Of a stretch of DNA of 64,000 bases, positions 45,567 through 54,710 are shown piece after piece (position 1 is the stretch's first letter; each line of letters begins with the position of its first letter). The translations under genes were made by a program, and so were the position numbers. The notes beneath the pieces were generated by a model. That model was given only the letters and a program-made list of their open reading frames with translations. It made no database searches and was not told the DNA's origin. The stretch is from positions 804 through 64,803 of the forward strand of contig CAYVWZ010000003.1 in assembly GCA_964455655.1 (NCBI GenBank), given 5' to 3'. Source of the stretch: Candidatus Woesearchaeota archaeon. Its GTDB lineage: Archaea; Nanobdellota; Nanobdellia; SCGC-AAA011-G17; JACPNG01.

Positions 45567-46686
45567 TTAATTTTTGTTCAATAAGTTTAATGATTTTTTC
45601 TTGTCCAGAAGTTCTTATGAGTATTTTCTTATCAGTCCTAATGTTTTCTGCATAGAGTTCTAAGTTGTTCAAAAATTTAAGAAGGGGTTTTTTCGAAAAA
45701 TGGTCACAGGCTATTCCAAATTTATTCTTGCCTATGATTTGAGAGACAAGATGAGCTTCATATTGCATACGTGGCAAGAGAAGTGTAGGAACTCCAAGAT
45801 AGATTGCTTCTGAAACAAGAGTATGCCCACTGGTGCATATAATCCCTGAACATTTTGCTAAAAGTTCCAAGAATTTTTCTTCTTGAGGTTCATAGGTTAT
45901 GATGTGTTTATTAGAAAGAGGTAATTTAGTGATCCCTTCAGCGAATATATGAAAGGTTACTGAATGGTTTTTGTTGTAGTCATTAAGAGTTTGAATGAAT
46001 TTTTTGTAGTTTCCTCTTGCAGAGAGATAAACAAGTATAGTATCTTGTTTAGGAGTTCTTTTCATATGTATGATTCTTTCGCGCAAGATAGGAGGGCAAA
46101 TCATAACATTTGCGCTGAAATTTGTTCTGCGTTCCATTCTAAAAAAAGAGCAGGCTATCCTCATGTCTGCTTTTGGGAAGAACATGCGAAGTCTTGCGTC
46201 TTCTCCAAGATAGTTCAATCCTTTGATTACTCTTGGGAAGTCTCCATAGAGATATTTACTTTGTTGATCGATAGTAATGAGCGGAGAGTTCTGAGCATAT
46301 GCGTACATAGCGCTGATTAGTTCGTAATCGCTAATGACAAGGTCTGGTTTTCCCATAATCTTTTGAGCTTGCGCTAATGCTCTCGTGTTTATTGCTAAAA
46401 TGTCTTCTGTAGTGTTTATGGGGAGTTTTTCAACTTGTGCAAAGTCTATGCCTGACGAACTATCGGGGTAGTATGGTGGAGCTACTCTTAAAACTCGAAC
46501 ATTGGGTTGGTGTTCATATTTTTTTGAGTAAAAGGTATATGCGTTCTTTGACGCAAAAATGATAATTTGTGAGTTTTTGAGGAAATGTTCTATAAGTGGT
46601 AACTGGCGATAGGTATGCCCGCTTCCTACTCCTAAGATTCCCCAGAGTATTTTGTGTTTATACTTAAATGTAGTTGGTTTCATCAA
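45553..46686 (-). CDS. GT-B glycosyltransferase (GT28/MJ1255-like), paralog of 28747..29802
   Basis: GILGVGSGHTYRQLPLIEHF at the N-terminus and TSGHTLVSEAIYLGVPTLLLP at the C-terminus. Confidence 0.6.
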   Translation of the reverse strand: MMKPTTFKYKHKILWGILGVGSGHTYRQLPLIEHFLKNSQIIIFASKNAYTFYSKKYEHQPNVRVLRVAPPYYPDSSSGIDFAQVEKLPINTTEDILAINTRALAQAQKIMGKPDLVISDYELISAMYAYAQNSPLITIDQQSKYLYGDFPRVIKGLNYLGEDARLRMFFPKADMRIACSFFRMERRTNFSANVMICPPILRERIIHMKRTPKQDTILVYLSARGNYKKFIQTLNDYNKNHSVTFHIFAEGITKLPLSNKHIITYEPQEEKFLELLAKCSGIICTSGHTLVSEAIYLGVPTLLLPRMQYEAHLVSQIIGKNKFGIACDHFSKKPLLKFLNNLELYAENIRTDKKILIRTSGQEKIIKLIEQKLTTSL

Positions 46687-46790
46687 GATGTTACTATTAA
46701 AAGATTATAAGAATTAGTGTTGTAGAAGTTTCTTCAACAAAAGCTCTAAAGATATACTCTATTCAATCTCTAAAAATACAAATAATTGCT

Positions 46791-47078
46791 TTATTCAAAT
46801 TTTCCAACGCTTTTAATGCGTGTGAAGGGGAATGGTCGTTCGTTGCTTTCTCCAGAGACATAGTGTGCAAAGTAATACACTGTTGAACTCCATTTTTCAA
46901 CAAATTCTCCGATGGCTTGATTTCTTTTTCCAGAGATTAATGTCAATATCCAATTAACTAAAATTAAAAATAATGAGACGTATCCCCATAAGTACACAAT
47001 TACTCCAGTAATGATAAAAATAAGAATGCGCATGAGCGATTCTTTACGTTCTGATTTTTCTGTGTTCTTTTTTGCCAT
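46791..47078 (-). CDS. small membrane protein (DUF4389-like)
   Basis: 95 aa, two TM helices, followed by a W-x-x-x-V-x-x-Y pattern. Confidence 0.45.
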   Translation of the reverse strand: MAKKNTEKSERKESLMRILIFIITGVIVYLWGYVSLFLILVNWILTLISGKRNQAIGEFVEKWSSTVYYFAHYVSGESNERPFPFTRIKSVGKFE

Positions 47079-47080
47079 TA

Positions 47081-47554
47081 TTAATCAACACACAATGTTG
47101 GTCCCTGTGTTCCGTTTTGTACTGTGCTGAAGCATCCGAATTTTGATTGGTATGGTTGACAATATCCTGTTTGACTTGTCTCGTTGTATAAGCATAAGCG
47201 TTCGCAGTCTTCTGAATCATTACATTGTTTATTGGCGTCTGTTGTGGGTACATTACAGAATACTCTCTGCCCCTTTCCTTGTGGTCCGTACATTCCACCT
47301 AATTGTGCACATTGTTCTTCTGTGATGTTGTCTGTTGTTGGGATTGTTGTGTTAGTAGTATTTGTGGGGATGTATTGTTCTGATACTCCCTTCCATCCTT
47401 CGTAGAGGGTGTTTCCTTGCATGATTAAGACAAAGACTAATGCAATAACAACTACTCCGAGTAATACTTTGAGTATGGTGTTAGCTATTTTAAAAATAAT
47501 TAAGAGTATTACAAAGAATATTGCGAGTGTAATAAGGAAACTTGCGTACGTCAC
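47081..47554 (-). CDS. membrane-anchored Cys-rich extracytoplasmic protein
   Basis: Two N-terminal TM helices and a C-terminal Cys-rich domain (CAQLGG...CNVPTTDANKQCNDSEDCERLC...GYCQPY...GCF). Confidence 0.5.
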   Translation of the reverse strand: MTYASFLITLAIFFVILLIIFKIANTILKVLLGVVVIALVFVLIMQGNTLYEGWKGVSEQYIPTNTTNTTIPTTDNITEEQCAQLGGMYGPQGKGQRVFCNVPTTDANKQCNDSEDCERLCLYNETSQTGYCQPYQSKFGCFSTVQNGTQGPTLCVD

Positions 47555-47555
47555 G

Positions 47556-48215
47556 CTATTGCTCTTCTTCTAACTTATTTAAAAGTTTTGGTAGGCTGTT
47601 AAGATTTTTAAGAATGATGTAGGGTTTTTCTTGCTGTAGTGCATTCTTGCTATAATTGCCTGTAAGTACTGCTATTCCTTTTACTTTTGCTTTTCTTGCT
47701 GCGCGCATGTCGTAAATACTGTCTCCTATCATGGCGAATGCTTTGCGGTGTGTTAAATGTTCTGCTTTGAATATTTCATCAGGGTAGGGTTTTGAGTGTT
47801 TAACTTGATCATGTCCTATAATTGCGCTAAAGAGATTTTCTGGTATTTTTGTTGCTTGTAATAATGAAAGAATATTAACTGTATTACAATTTGATGCTAA
47901 TACTAATGCGTAGTCTTTTTTTAGTTTTTTGAGTAAGGTAATGATTCCTGGAAAGGGCCTTGCATATGTTGAGTATTTTGTTGCAAGTAAGTACTGGTGT
48001 GCTTTGTAGATTTTTTCTATTTGTGTTGAGTTTGCTTTGTTCTTTGTTAGTATTTTAATAATTTCAACATGAGATCTCCCGTATAAATTCTTCATAGTTT
48101 TAGGATTTCCCTTCTTGAATCCGTTAAGTTCTAGTGCTTCGTTGTACGCATGCGTGTGTGCTTTATCTGATTGTATTAACGTATTATCCAAATCAAAGCA
48201 GAGTAATTTTTTCAT
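47556..48215 (-). CDS. HAD-superfamily phosphatase (phosphoglycolate phosphatase-like subfamily)
   Basis: CFDLDNTLI motif I, LASNC motif II and IGDSIYDMRAA motif IV. Confidence 0.75.
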   Translation of the reverse strand: MKKLLCFDLDNTLIQSDKAHTHAYNEALELNGFKKGNPKTMKNLYGRSHVEIIKILTKNKANSTQIEKIYKAHQYLLATKYSTYARPFPGIITLLKKLKKDYALVLASNCNTVNILSLLQATKIPENLFSAIIGHDQVKHSKPYPDEIFKAEHLTHRKAFAMIGDSIYDMRAARKAKVKGIAVLTGNYSKNALQQEKPYIILKNLNSLPKLLNKLEEEQ

Positions 48216-48261
48216 AAAAATAAATGAATAGGAGCATCAGAAGATGCCCTCTATTCTATGT

Positions 48262-49080
48262 TCACCTCTTGATCCCTCGAGCTCTGTATAGTTCTGGGTA
48301 CATGAGTGGGACTTTTTTGATGAGTTCTTTGTGGCTTAAAACTCCTAATTCTGTGATGATTCCAGTGATTAATTTTGGATCTATTTTTTCGAATGCGTGA
48401 TTAACAATGTGTAATCCCTTTGGGGGGTTTTTCCATAATTCTTGAGGTTGTCGTTCTTCTATTTTTATTTCATAAGGAACGTATTTCCAAGAGTCTGAGA
48501 GAACATAGACGGGTATTCCGTACTTGTGTGCTATTTCTACAAATAATTCGCTTCCTATTTTGTTATAGATTTTTGTTGGTGTTATTGCATCTGCTCCTAT
48601 GAGCATGACTTCTGCTTTTCGTAGTGCTATTCTTCCTGCACTGTCTGGGTAGAAGTATGTTTTGAGTCCTAATTTTCTGCAATCATTTGCTGTTCTTCTT
48701 CCTTGTTGTAGTGGTCTTGTTTCTGTGCAGTGTACTTCGAAGTTCTTTGTTTTCTTTGCTATTTTGAATGATTCTATTACATCTGAAGAATGGCAATGAG
48801 TGTACACACTCTTATGAATATGTTTTGCTGCTTCTCGTGCGATGAGTTGTTGTGATTCATTGATGTGTGCTAATGCGAATTTTCCTAGTCGTTTTGGGTC
48901 TTTGTGTGCAAAATGTACTGCATGGTGTAATAATGGTTCTGTTGGTCGTAGTGATAAGAGTTTTTTTACAGACTGAGAATCATTTTTCAAGGTAAGTGCA
49001 GTGAGTCCTGCTCGTGCAACGTTTGTTGCTCCTTGAATTTTGAGTGTTTTGATATCGTCACAGATTTGTTTAAACGACAT
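48262..49080 (-). CDS. ribose-1,5-bisphosphate isomerase (eIF-2B alpha/beta/delta-like family)
   Basis: IQGATNVARAG, YTHCHSS, CTETRPLQQGRRTA, IGADAIT and NKIGS match the e2b2/R15P isomerase pattern. Confidence 0.8.
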   Translation of the reverse strand: MSFKQICDDIKTLKIQGATNVARAGLTALTLKNDSQSVKKLLSLRPTEPLLHHAVHFAHKDPKRLGKFALAHINESQQLIAREAAKHIHKSVYTHCHSSDVIESFKIAKKTKNFEVHCTETRPLQQGRRTANDCRKLGLKTYFYPDSAGRIALRKAEVMLIGADAITPTKIYNKIGSELFVEIAHKYGIPVYVLSDSWKYVPYEIKIEERQPQELWKNPPKGLHIVNHAFEKIDPKLITGIITELGVLSHKELIKKVPLMYPELYRARGIKR

Positions 49081-49119
49081 TATAAGAAATACTTATTCAA
49101 AGTTTTTATTTAAGCGTTT

Positions 49120-49506
49120 CTAAAGTTTTGACATTACGCCAAAATAATCTGTGTGTTTGTTTCTATCTACTAATTTATGAGCAAGTTTCATTTCTTCAGG
49201 AGTATAGATATAAATAATTTTGAATTTTCCAGAAGTTGTTTGCTTTGCCGTATCGTGTGTTATCTCAAGAACATGGACAAGGCCCCAATAAACCCATTTA
49301 CCATCAACGTTGTGCACTAAAAAATTGCGAACAGGGGGAGGTTGATAGACTCTTATGTGGGGTTTGTTCTTGAACGTGAATATTTGCCCTTCAAAGTCTT
49401 TGGCAGTAAAAGGTTTCTTCTTATGTTTCTCTAGATCTAGTTTTTTAGGAAAACCTTGCTCACTCGTTATTTGGAGAGTGTCATTCAGCATTATTAAACC
49501 GCCCAT
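49120..49506 (-). CDS. hypothetical protein
   Basis: 128-aa ORF with no motif recognised. Confidence 0.5.
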   Translation of the reverse strand: MGGLIMLNDTLQITSEQGFPKKLDLEKHKKKPFTAKDFEGQIFTFKNKPHIRVYQPPPVRNFLVHNVDGKWVYWGLVHVLEITHDTAKQTTSGKFKIIYIYTPEEMKLAHKLVDRNKHTDYFGVMSKL

Positions 49507-49565
49507 AAAATCATAGGCTAAAACCTTCTATTTAAGAATTTCTCTAAAAAAGAAAAGAAAAGAGG

Positions 49566-49655
49566 TTACATGCATCCGCATGAACACTTAACTCCTTTTG
49601 CATGTACATGCCCGCACATTACACATACTTTCTTATCAGATTTCATTTGTTTCAT
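49566..49655 (-). CDS. 29-aa Cys-rich small protein (candidate)
   Basis: Manual translation gives MKQMKSDKKVCVMCGHVHAKGVKCSCGCM*. A 10-nt perfect SD (GAGGTGATCC) lies 8 nt upstream. It is below the track's 60-aa cutoff. Confidence 0.4.
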   Translation of the reverse strand: MKQMKSDKKVCVMCGHVHAKGVKCSCGCM

Positions 49656-49663
49656 AGCAATTT

Positions 49664-49673
49664 GGATCACCTC
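49664..49673 (-). promoter_or_regulatory. Shine-Dalgarno GAGGTGATCC
   Basis: A 10-nt exact complement of the archaeal 16S 3' tail motif (GGATCACCTC), 8 nt upstream of ATG 49655. Confidence 0.5.
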
Positions 49674-49789
49674 TCTTGTGGGCAAGTCATACTTATTATT
49701 AAGGAAGTGCGAGAACTTTTGAGTAGAGTGTCCATGCGAAAAATTGTTCCATCAACTTCCATATGAAGTCAAGTTTCCATGAGAAATAG

Positions 49790-50491
49790 TTAGTTGTATT
49801 TTTCTGTGTGAATGTGTTGTTCTACAATACCTAGTTCTTTGAGCCCTGTTTCTAATGCTCGTACAAAATCTGGTGGTCCGCATAGGTAATAGAGTGCATT
49901 CTCAAAGAAGCATTCTTGTTCTAATACTTCTTTGGTGATTCTTCCCTTTGGCCCGTTCCAAGTGCTTTGTCCTGTGAGTGTATAGTAGGGTACAAAATTC
50001 TTGTGCTGCTGTGCCCATGTATCAAATTCTTTTTTAAAAATAATGTCTTGTTCTGTCTTGTTGCTAAAGAGGAGTTTTATGGGTATATTGAGTTTTTTAT
50101 CAAGGACGTATTTCGTAATGCTTCGTAGGGGTGCTATTCCGCTTCCCGCTCCTATGAGTACAAGGGGTTGTGTTTGTCCTTGGTATAAGAATTTTCCATA
50201 TGGTCCTGATATGTTCATGGTGCTTCCTTCTTTGAAATGGTTAAAACTATAGGTTGAGAATTGTCCTTCTGGTGTTATTTTGATGGTAAATCCTAATATT
50301 CCTTTCTCTGTTGGGCTTGTTGCTATGGAGTATGCTCTTCGTACTTCTTTTCCGTTAATGAGTGTAGAGAGCATGTAGAATTGTCCTGGTGTAAATGAAA
50401 TATCTAAGTGAGAAGTATCTACATAGAATGTTTTTGTATCGTGTGTTTCTTGTACGATTTTTGATATGATAACTTCTTCGTTGAGGAGCAT
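49790..50491 (-). CDS. FAD/NAD(P)-binding oxidoreductase (ferredoxin-NADP reductase-like fold)
   Basis: RAYSIAS (FAD R-x-Y-S), LIGAGSGIAP (NAD(P) G-x-G-x-G-x-x-P) and LCGPP. The start is moved to MLLNEEV (ATG 50491) because the track start abuts the divergent gene. Confidence 0.75.
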   Translation of the reverse strand: MLLNEEVIISKIVQETHDTKTFYVDTSHLDISFTPGQFYMLSTLINGKEVRRAYSIATSPTEKGILGFTIKITPEGQFSTYSFNHFKEGSTMNISGPYGKFLYQGQTQPLVLIGAGSGIAPLRSITKYVLDKKLNIPIKLLFSNKTEQDIIFKKEFDTWAQQHKNFVPYYTLTGQSTWNGPKGRITKEVLEQECFFENALYYLCGPPDFVRALETGLKELGIVEQHIHTEKYN

Positions 50492-50585
50492 GTAATTTAC
50501 CTGTATCAAATTGTTTAAAATGATTTGTAATAACGCTGTTAAGGAGCGAAACCTTAATATAGACTTTCAAGGAGATAAGTGGGTA

Positions 50586-51434
50586 ATGGTTCTTGAAGAA
50601 TTGGGCATTGAACGTAAGCATCGTTCTTGGGGTGAATTGTTTTTGTTTGGTGTGTTATACTCTAGTGTTGGTACGTTACTAAGTTTTTGGTTTTTTAGAA
50701 ATGAGCCTAGTCTTGTCATGGTGTTTTTTACGGTTCTTGCTACGATTCCGTTAATGTATACTACTATTAAGCATGAAGAGCGTGAGGCTGAGAATATTAT
50801 GTCTGAAAAAAGGATTTTCAAGTCTCATGGCAAGGCATTAGGATTATACTTTGCTTTGTTCATGGGTATGGTTGTTGCAATGTCATTATGGTATGTCTTC
50901 CTTCCTCATGCATGGAGTGATAGTTTGTTCAAATCTCAGATTGATACGATTTCAAGTATTAATGGTGGTGTAACGGGTAATGTTATTGGTGCTGATATTT
51001 TCTGGTCTATTGTCATAAATAATATGCAAGTGTTAGTATTGTGTTTGTTTTTTTCTTTCTTCTATGGTGCGGGAGCTATCTTTATTCTTGCGTGGAATGC
51101 ATCAGTTATTGCTGGTGCGATGGGTATTTTTATTAGGGGCAAGTTAGCGGAAGCTGCTCAATTAATTGGTTGGCAAAAGGCTTCGTTGTATTTTGGTGCG
51201 TTCTCTATTGGTTTATTTAGATACATGACGCATGGTGTTTTTGAGATTGTTGCATATTTCATTGCGGGTTTAGCGGGGAGTATTATTTCTATTGCTGTGA
51301 TTCGGCATGATCTCTATGAAAGGAAGATGAAGCGTGTAACAAGAGATGTTGCTGCGCTCATGCTTGTTGCTATTGCGTTGATTGTGTTAGGTAGTTTTGT
51401 TGAAGTCTATGTTACTCCTCTATTATTTTCATAA
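50586..51434 (+). CDS. SpoIIM/DUF95-family membrane protein
   Basis: Multi-TM protein with the MTHGVFEIVAYFIAGLAGS motif typical of SpoIIM-like proteins. The start is moved to Met26 of the track ORF. Confidence 0.6.
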   Translation: MVLEELGIERKHRSWGELFLFGVLYSSVGTLLSFWFFRNEPSLVMVFFTVLATIPLMYTTIKHEEREAENIMSEKRIFKSHGKALGLYFALFMGMVVAMSLWYVFLPHAWSDSLFKSQIDTISSINGGVTGNVIGADIFWSIVINNMQVLVLCLFFSFFYGAGAIFILAWNASVIAGAMGIFIRGKLAEAAQLIGWQKASLYFGAFSIGLFRYMTHGVFEIVAYFIAGLAGSIISIAVIRHDLYERKMKRVTRDVAALMLVAIALIVLGSFVEVYVTPLLFS

Positions 51435-51473
51435 GCGAAATGTATAAAAAGAGTTTATTCTAAAAGTTCTTGT

Positions 51474-52055
51474 ATGAAAAAAGAGAAACGTAATACGGGT
51501 GCGATTATTATTGGTATTTTTTTAGTAGTTATCATGATTGGTAGTGTTGCGGGTATTATTGGTATTTTTAGTGAAGATAATGCTGCTAAGCCCACGACGT
51601 ATAATGGTTTTGAATTTACTCAAACACAGAATGGTGTTACAACAAAGATTAATGGTCAAGATTATGCATTTGTTCTTGCTCCAGATGTTGTTGCAACAAT
51701 GAAGCTTCCTACAAATTTTAAAGATTGGAATAAGTTTGATAAAATATATTTAAGCGCTGATCCTACGACAAGAATGAGTGCTGCTTTCCAAGAGTTTACT
51801 CGTTTCCGCCCTGTATATGGCATTTCAAGCGGCATTCCTGCGTGTTATGAGGATTCTGATGAATGCCAGCTTAATAATTATCCCTTGAAAGATTGTTCTG
51901 ATGCTTCAAGTACGGTTGCTATTATTCTTCTTCGTGAAACACAATACTCTAATGTGAGCATGGAGGGTAATTGTTTAGTTATTGAAGGTTCAGTCTTAGA
52001 TGCAGTAAGATATTTTGATCGTGCTGCGTATGAAAGATTAGGGGTTCTTCAATGA
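51474..52055 (+). CDS. N-terminally anchored extracytoplasmic protein, paralog 1
   Basis: TM anchor, then YNGFEFTQ ... CSDASSTVAIILLRE...NCLVIEG. It aligns by eye with the next ORF. Confidence 0.55.
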   Translation: MKKEKRNTGAIIIGIFLVVIMIGSVAGIIGIFSEDNAAKPTTYNGFEFTQTQNGVTTKINGQDYAFVLAPDVVATMKLPTNFKDWNKFDKIYLSADPTTRMSAAFQEFTRFRPVYGISSGIPACYEDSDECQLNNYPLKDCSDASSTVAIILLRETQYSNVSMEGNCLVIEGSVLDAVRYFDRAAYERLGVLQ

Positions 52056-52654
52056 GCGACACTGAAAAAGGTGTTAAGTGGTTATTTATTTTCTTAATTC
52101 TCATTGTTATTGCATTTGGTATTGGTTTATTTGTTCGTAATTATCTTCAGTCAGAGCATCAGAGAGAATACAATGGTTTTCTCGTAACTCCGGTGCAGAG
52201 TGGTAATATTGTTACGTATAAGGTTGATATTTATATTAATGCTCAGCCTTTTGTAATGAATGCGCGTTATGCTCCTTGGCAGGTTGATGATATTCCTATT
52301 GATCCTAATGTTGCAAGTTATTTAACGAGTAAGAAAGAATTAATTGGTGCTATTGATGCGAATGATCCGAGATTGTTTGGTGCTACAACAGTTGCTGCGT
52401 TAGAGGTGAATAATATTATGGAGGGTATTTTTAATATTAATATGACAAGTGCGTCTACTACTCCTCATGATAAATTCAAGCTTATTTCTTGTGCTGATGC
52501 TACGAAAGATGTAGGTGTTGTTATTTTTGAGATTGGTGAGAGGGATGAGGTTGTTATGGATAATTCTTGTGTTCGTGTTCGTGCGAAGGAAGAGCCTGAT
52601 TTAGTGAAGTCTGCTACAAGAGTGAATTATGCGTTAACGGGTATTATCCCATAA
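52052..52654 (+). CDS. N-terminally anchored extracytoplasmic protein, paralog 2
   Basis: TM anchor, then YNGFLVTP ... CADATKDVGVVIFEI...SCVRVRA. An ATGA overlap links it to paralog 1. Confidence 0.55.
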   Translation: MSDTEKGVKWLFIFLILIVIAFGIGLFVRNYLQSEHQREYNGFLVTPVQSGNIVTYKVDIYINAQPFVMNARYAPWQVDDIPIDPNVASYLTSKKELIGAIDANDPRLFGATTVAALEVNNIMEGIFNINMTSASTTPHDKFKLISCADATKDVGVVIFEIGERDEVVMDNSCVRVRAKEEPDLVKSATRVNYALTGIIP

Positions 52655-52685
52655 CTTTAAAAGGGTTTTATTCAGGTTCTAGCCT

Positions 52686-53393
52686 ATGGCAGATGTGCAA
52701 AGAGTGTTAGTAGGGTGTCCTACGAATGCATTGAAGGAGTACTGTTTACAAGAGTATGTAGAGGTTTTAAAGAAATTGTCTCATCGTCCCTTAGATGCAT
52801 TGTTAGTTGATAATAGTTCTGATATGAGGTATATGCAGAAGCTTCTTGATTTGGGTATTCCTACAATTAAGGGTCCTTCTGAGGGTAGTGCTATGGAGCG
52901 TATTGTTGCGTCTCGTAATTTGTTGCGTGAGAAAGCTATTGAGATGAAGTATGATTGGTTGTTCATGTTGGAGCAAGATGTTATTCCCCCTGCTGATGTT
53001 ATTGAAAAATTATTAGAGCATAAGAAGTCTGTTGTTACTGCGGTGTATTTTTCTCGTCATCCAAAAGTTGGTAAAGATCTTATTCCAATGGTGTTCAAGC
53101 CTGTTCCTACGGATCGTGATGGCTTTCCTGATATGAGGGTGTTAAATCATGATGAAATTTTTATGGGTCCGAGGCTTCAGCAGGTTGTTTCTGCTGGCTT
53201 AGGGTGTGTTTTGATTCATCGTTCTGTTTTTGAAAAGGTTCCTTTTAGAACAGAGAGTAATGATTCTTTTGATGATTATTGGTTCTTTAGTGATTTGTAT
53301 AAGTTAGATATTCCTGTCTTTGTAGACTCAAAGTTAAGATGTAAGCATTTAATCCAGAATAAGCCCTTCTTATGGGGTTTTGAGAAAAAGTAG
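52686..53393 (+). CDS. GT-A-fold glycosyltransferase-like protein
   Basis: VLVGCPT...LLVDNSSD...FMLEQDV pattern (Rossmann-like N-terminus and an acidic E-x-D in place of DxD). The call is weak. Confidence 0.4.
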   Translation: MADVQRVLVGCPTNALKEYCLQEYVEVLKKLSHRPLDALLVDNSSDMRYMQKLLDLGIPTIKGPSEGSAMERIVASRNLLREKAIEMKYDWLFMLEQDVIPPADVIEKLLEHKKSVVTAVYFSRHPKVGKDLIPMVFKPVPTDRDGFPDMRVLNHDEIFMGPRLQQVVSAGLGCVLIHRSVFEKVPFRTESNDSFDDYWFFSDLYKLDIPVFVDSKLRCKHLIQNKPFLWGFEKK

Positions 53394-53428
53394 CTTTTTT
53401 AAACTGGTTTCTTTGATTTTTAGCACAT

Positions 53429-53512
53429 GCCGGGGTCGCATAATCTGGTATTGCGCAGGTCTTGAAAACCTGTTTCCGAAAGGATGTGGGAGTTCAAATC
53501 TCTCCTCCGGCG
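53429..53512 (+). tRNA. tRNA-Ser(UGA)
   Basis: Acceptor GCCGGGG/CTCCGGC plus G, anticodon stem CAGGT/ACCTG with loop CTTGAAA, a long variable arm and T-arm GGGAG-TTCAAAT-CTCTC. Confidence 0.9.
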
Positions 53513-53514
53513 TT

Positions 53515-53697
53515 TTATATTCCTAACAGTTTATACACTAAGAATGCTGGCCAAACTATTGCTTTGAGTACTGCAAGAACTGCACCCCAGAATCCTGTTG
53601 AGTTTTGTACATAATAGATTGCAGCGCCTATGAATCCTAAGAAGTAAAGTCCTCCAGCGCTTTTATGAACTACTGTTGTTCCATTCCATTTTGCCAT
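53515..53697 (-). CDS. small two-TM membrane protein
   Basis: 60-aa hydrophobic ORF. Confidence 0.4.
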   Translation of the reverse strand: MAKWNGTTVVHKSAGGLYFLGFIGAAIYYVQNSTGFWGAVLAVLKAIVWPAFLVYKLLGI

Positions 53698-53709
53698 GTT
53701 TTTTTCTCC

Positions 53710-54651
53710 CTAGTTTACAACGTTTGTTGGTTTTCCTTCTAAGAAATTTTTAATGTTTGCTACGAAAGTTTTTTGCTTATTAATTCTTGCTTCTTTGCTA
53801 ACACCAAGAGGCGGATAAATAATGCAATTCTTGTATTTGTGTAGTTTTTCTATGTCTTCTTTCTTCATTTCGTCTGAATGGTCTAAAATGAATGTTATAT
53901 CATTTTTCTTAAGTCGTTCTTCTAGAGCTTTGAGATCAACAACTTCCATCGGCACAGTATTAATGATAATTGCTCCAGGTTTTATTATAGAGAATGCTTT
54001 TTTATCAAAGAAGTTTTCAGTTTCTGATGTGTATGCAAAGTTTATTGAAATAAAATCAGCATTTTTCAACAAATTATTTTTCTCTTCATATTTCATTCCT
54101 TTAGTTTCAAGTTCTTTCTTTCGTGTTCTGTTCCAGTAGCGTACATCTGCTTTGAATGCTTGGGCAAGTTCTGCTGTTCTGGTCCCTATATTTCCAGTTC
54201 CAAATACTGCAAAGACTTTTCCTTTGAGTTCTGTTGAGGATTCAATAAAATCGTAATTTCTTTTACTTGCTCTTTCTCGTTCTTCATGTAGGTGTCTTAT
54301 CTCGCTAAGAATCATTGCAATGATCATTTCTGCAACACTGTCAGTACAGTATCCAGCAATGTTTGATACGGGAATTCCTTTTTTCTTAGCGTAGTTCACA
54401 TCAATTTTATGATAGGCTACTGCTAATGTTTCAATGTATTTGAGTTTAGGAGCAGCATCGAGGTGTGCTTTGGTAACAGGTGTTGCAAATCCTACTAGTA
54501 AGAGATCAGTATCTTTTATTTCTTGCATGATTTTTGGGCTGTTTTCTGTAAGAAATACTTTCTTTTCAACCAGAGAGTCTATTTGTTTCCAGTATTCTTT
54601 ATCGAGTTTCTTCTCTTCGATGTTGATGAGAAGTGCTTTCTTAAATTTCAT
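53710..54651 (-). CDS. D-isomer-specific 2-hydroxyacid dehydrogenase (glyoxylate reductase/PGDH-like)
   Basis: VFGTGNIGTRTAE NAD-binding motif and the two-domain size and layout of the family. Confidence 0.8.
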   Translation of the reverse strand: MKFKKALLINIEEKKLDKEYWKQIDSLVEKKVFLTENSPKIMQEIKDTDLLLVGFATPVTKAHLDAAPKLKYIETLAVAYHKIDVNYAKKKGIPVSNIAGYCTDSVAEMIIAMILSEIRHLHEERERASKRNYDFIESSTELKGKVFAVFGTGNIGTRTAELAQAFKADVRYWNRTRKKELETKGMKYEEKNNLLKNADFISINFAYTSETENFFDKKAFSIIKPGAIIINTVPMEVVDLKALEERLKKNDITFILDHSDEMKKEDIEKLHKYKNCIIYPPLGVSKEARINKQKTFVANIKNFLEGKPTNVVN

Positions 54652-54710
54652 AAAAATAGTTTATAATGAGGGGATATAAACTTTTCTGCGAAGGAGTATA
54701 CATGTAGGAT

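Noticed and set aside
50511-50585. Track start of the SpoIIM-like ORF at 50511 and of the FNR-like ORF at 50509
   Set aside because: Divergent genes cannot both start 2 nt apart with no promoter space. Internal Mets (50586 and 50491) with SD-like sequences are preferred, though this is not proven.
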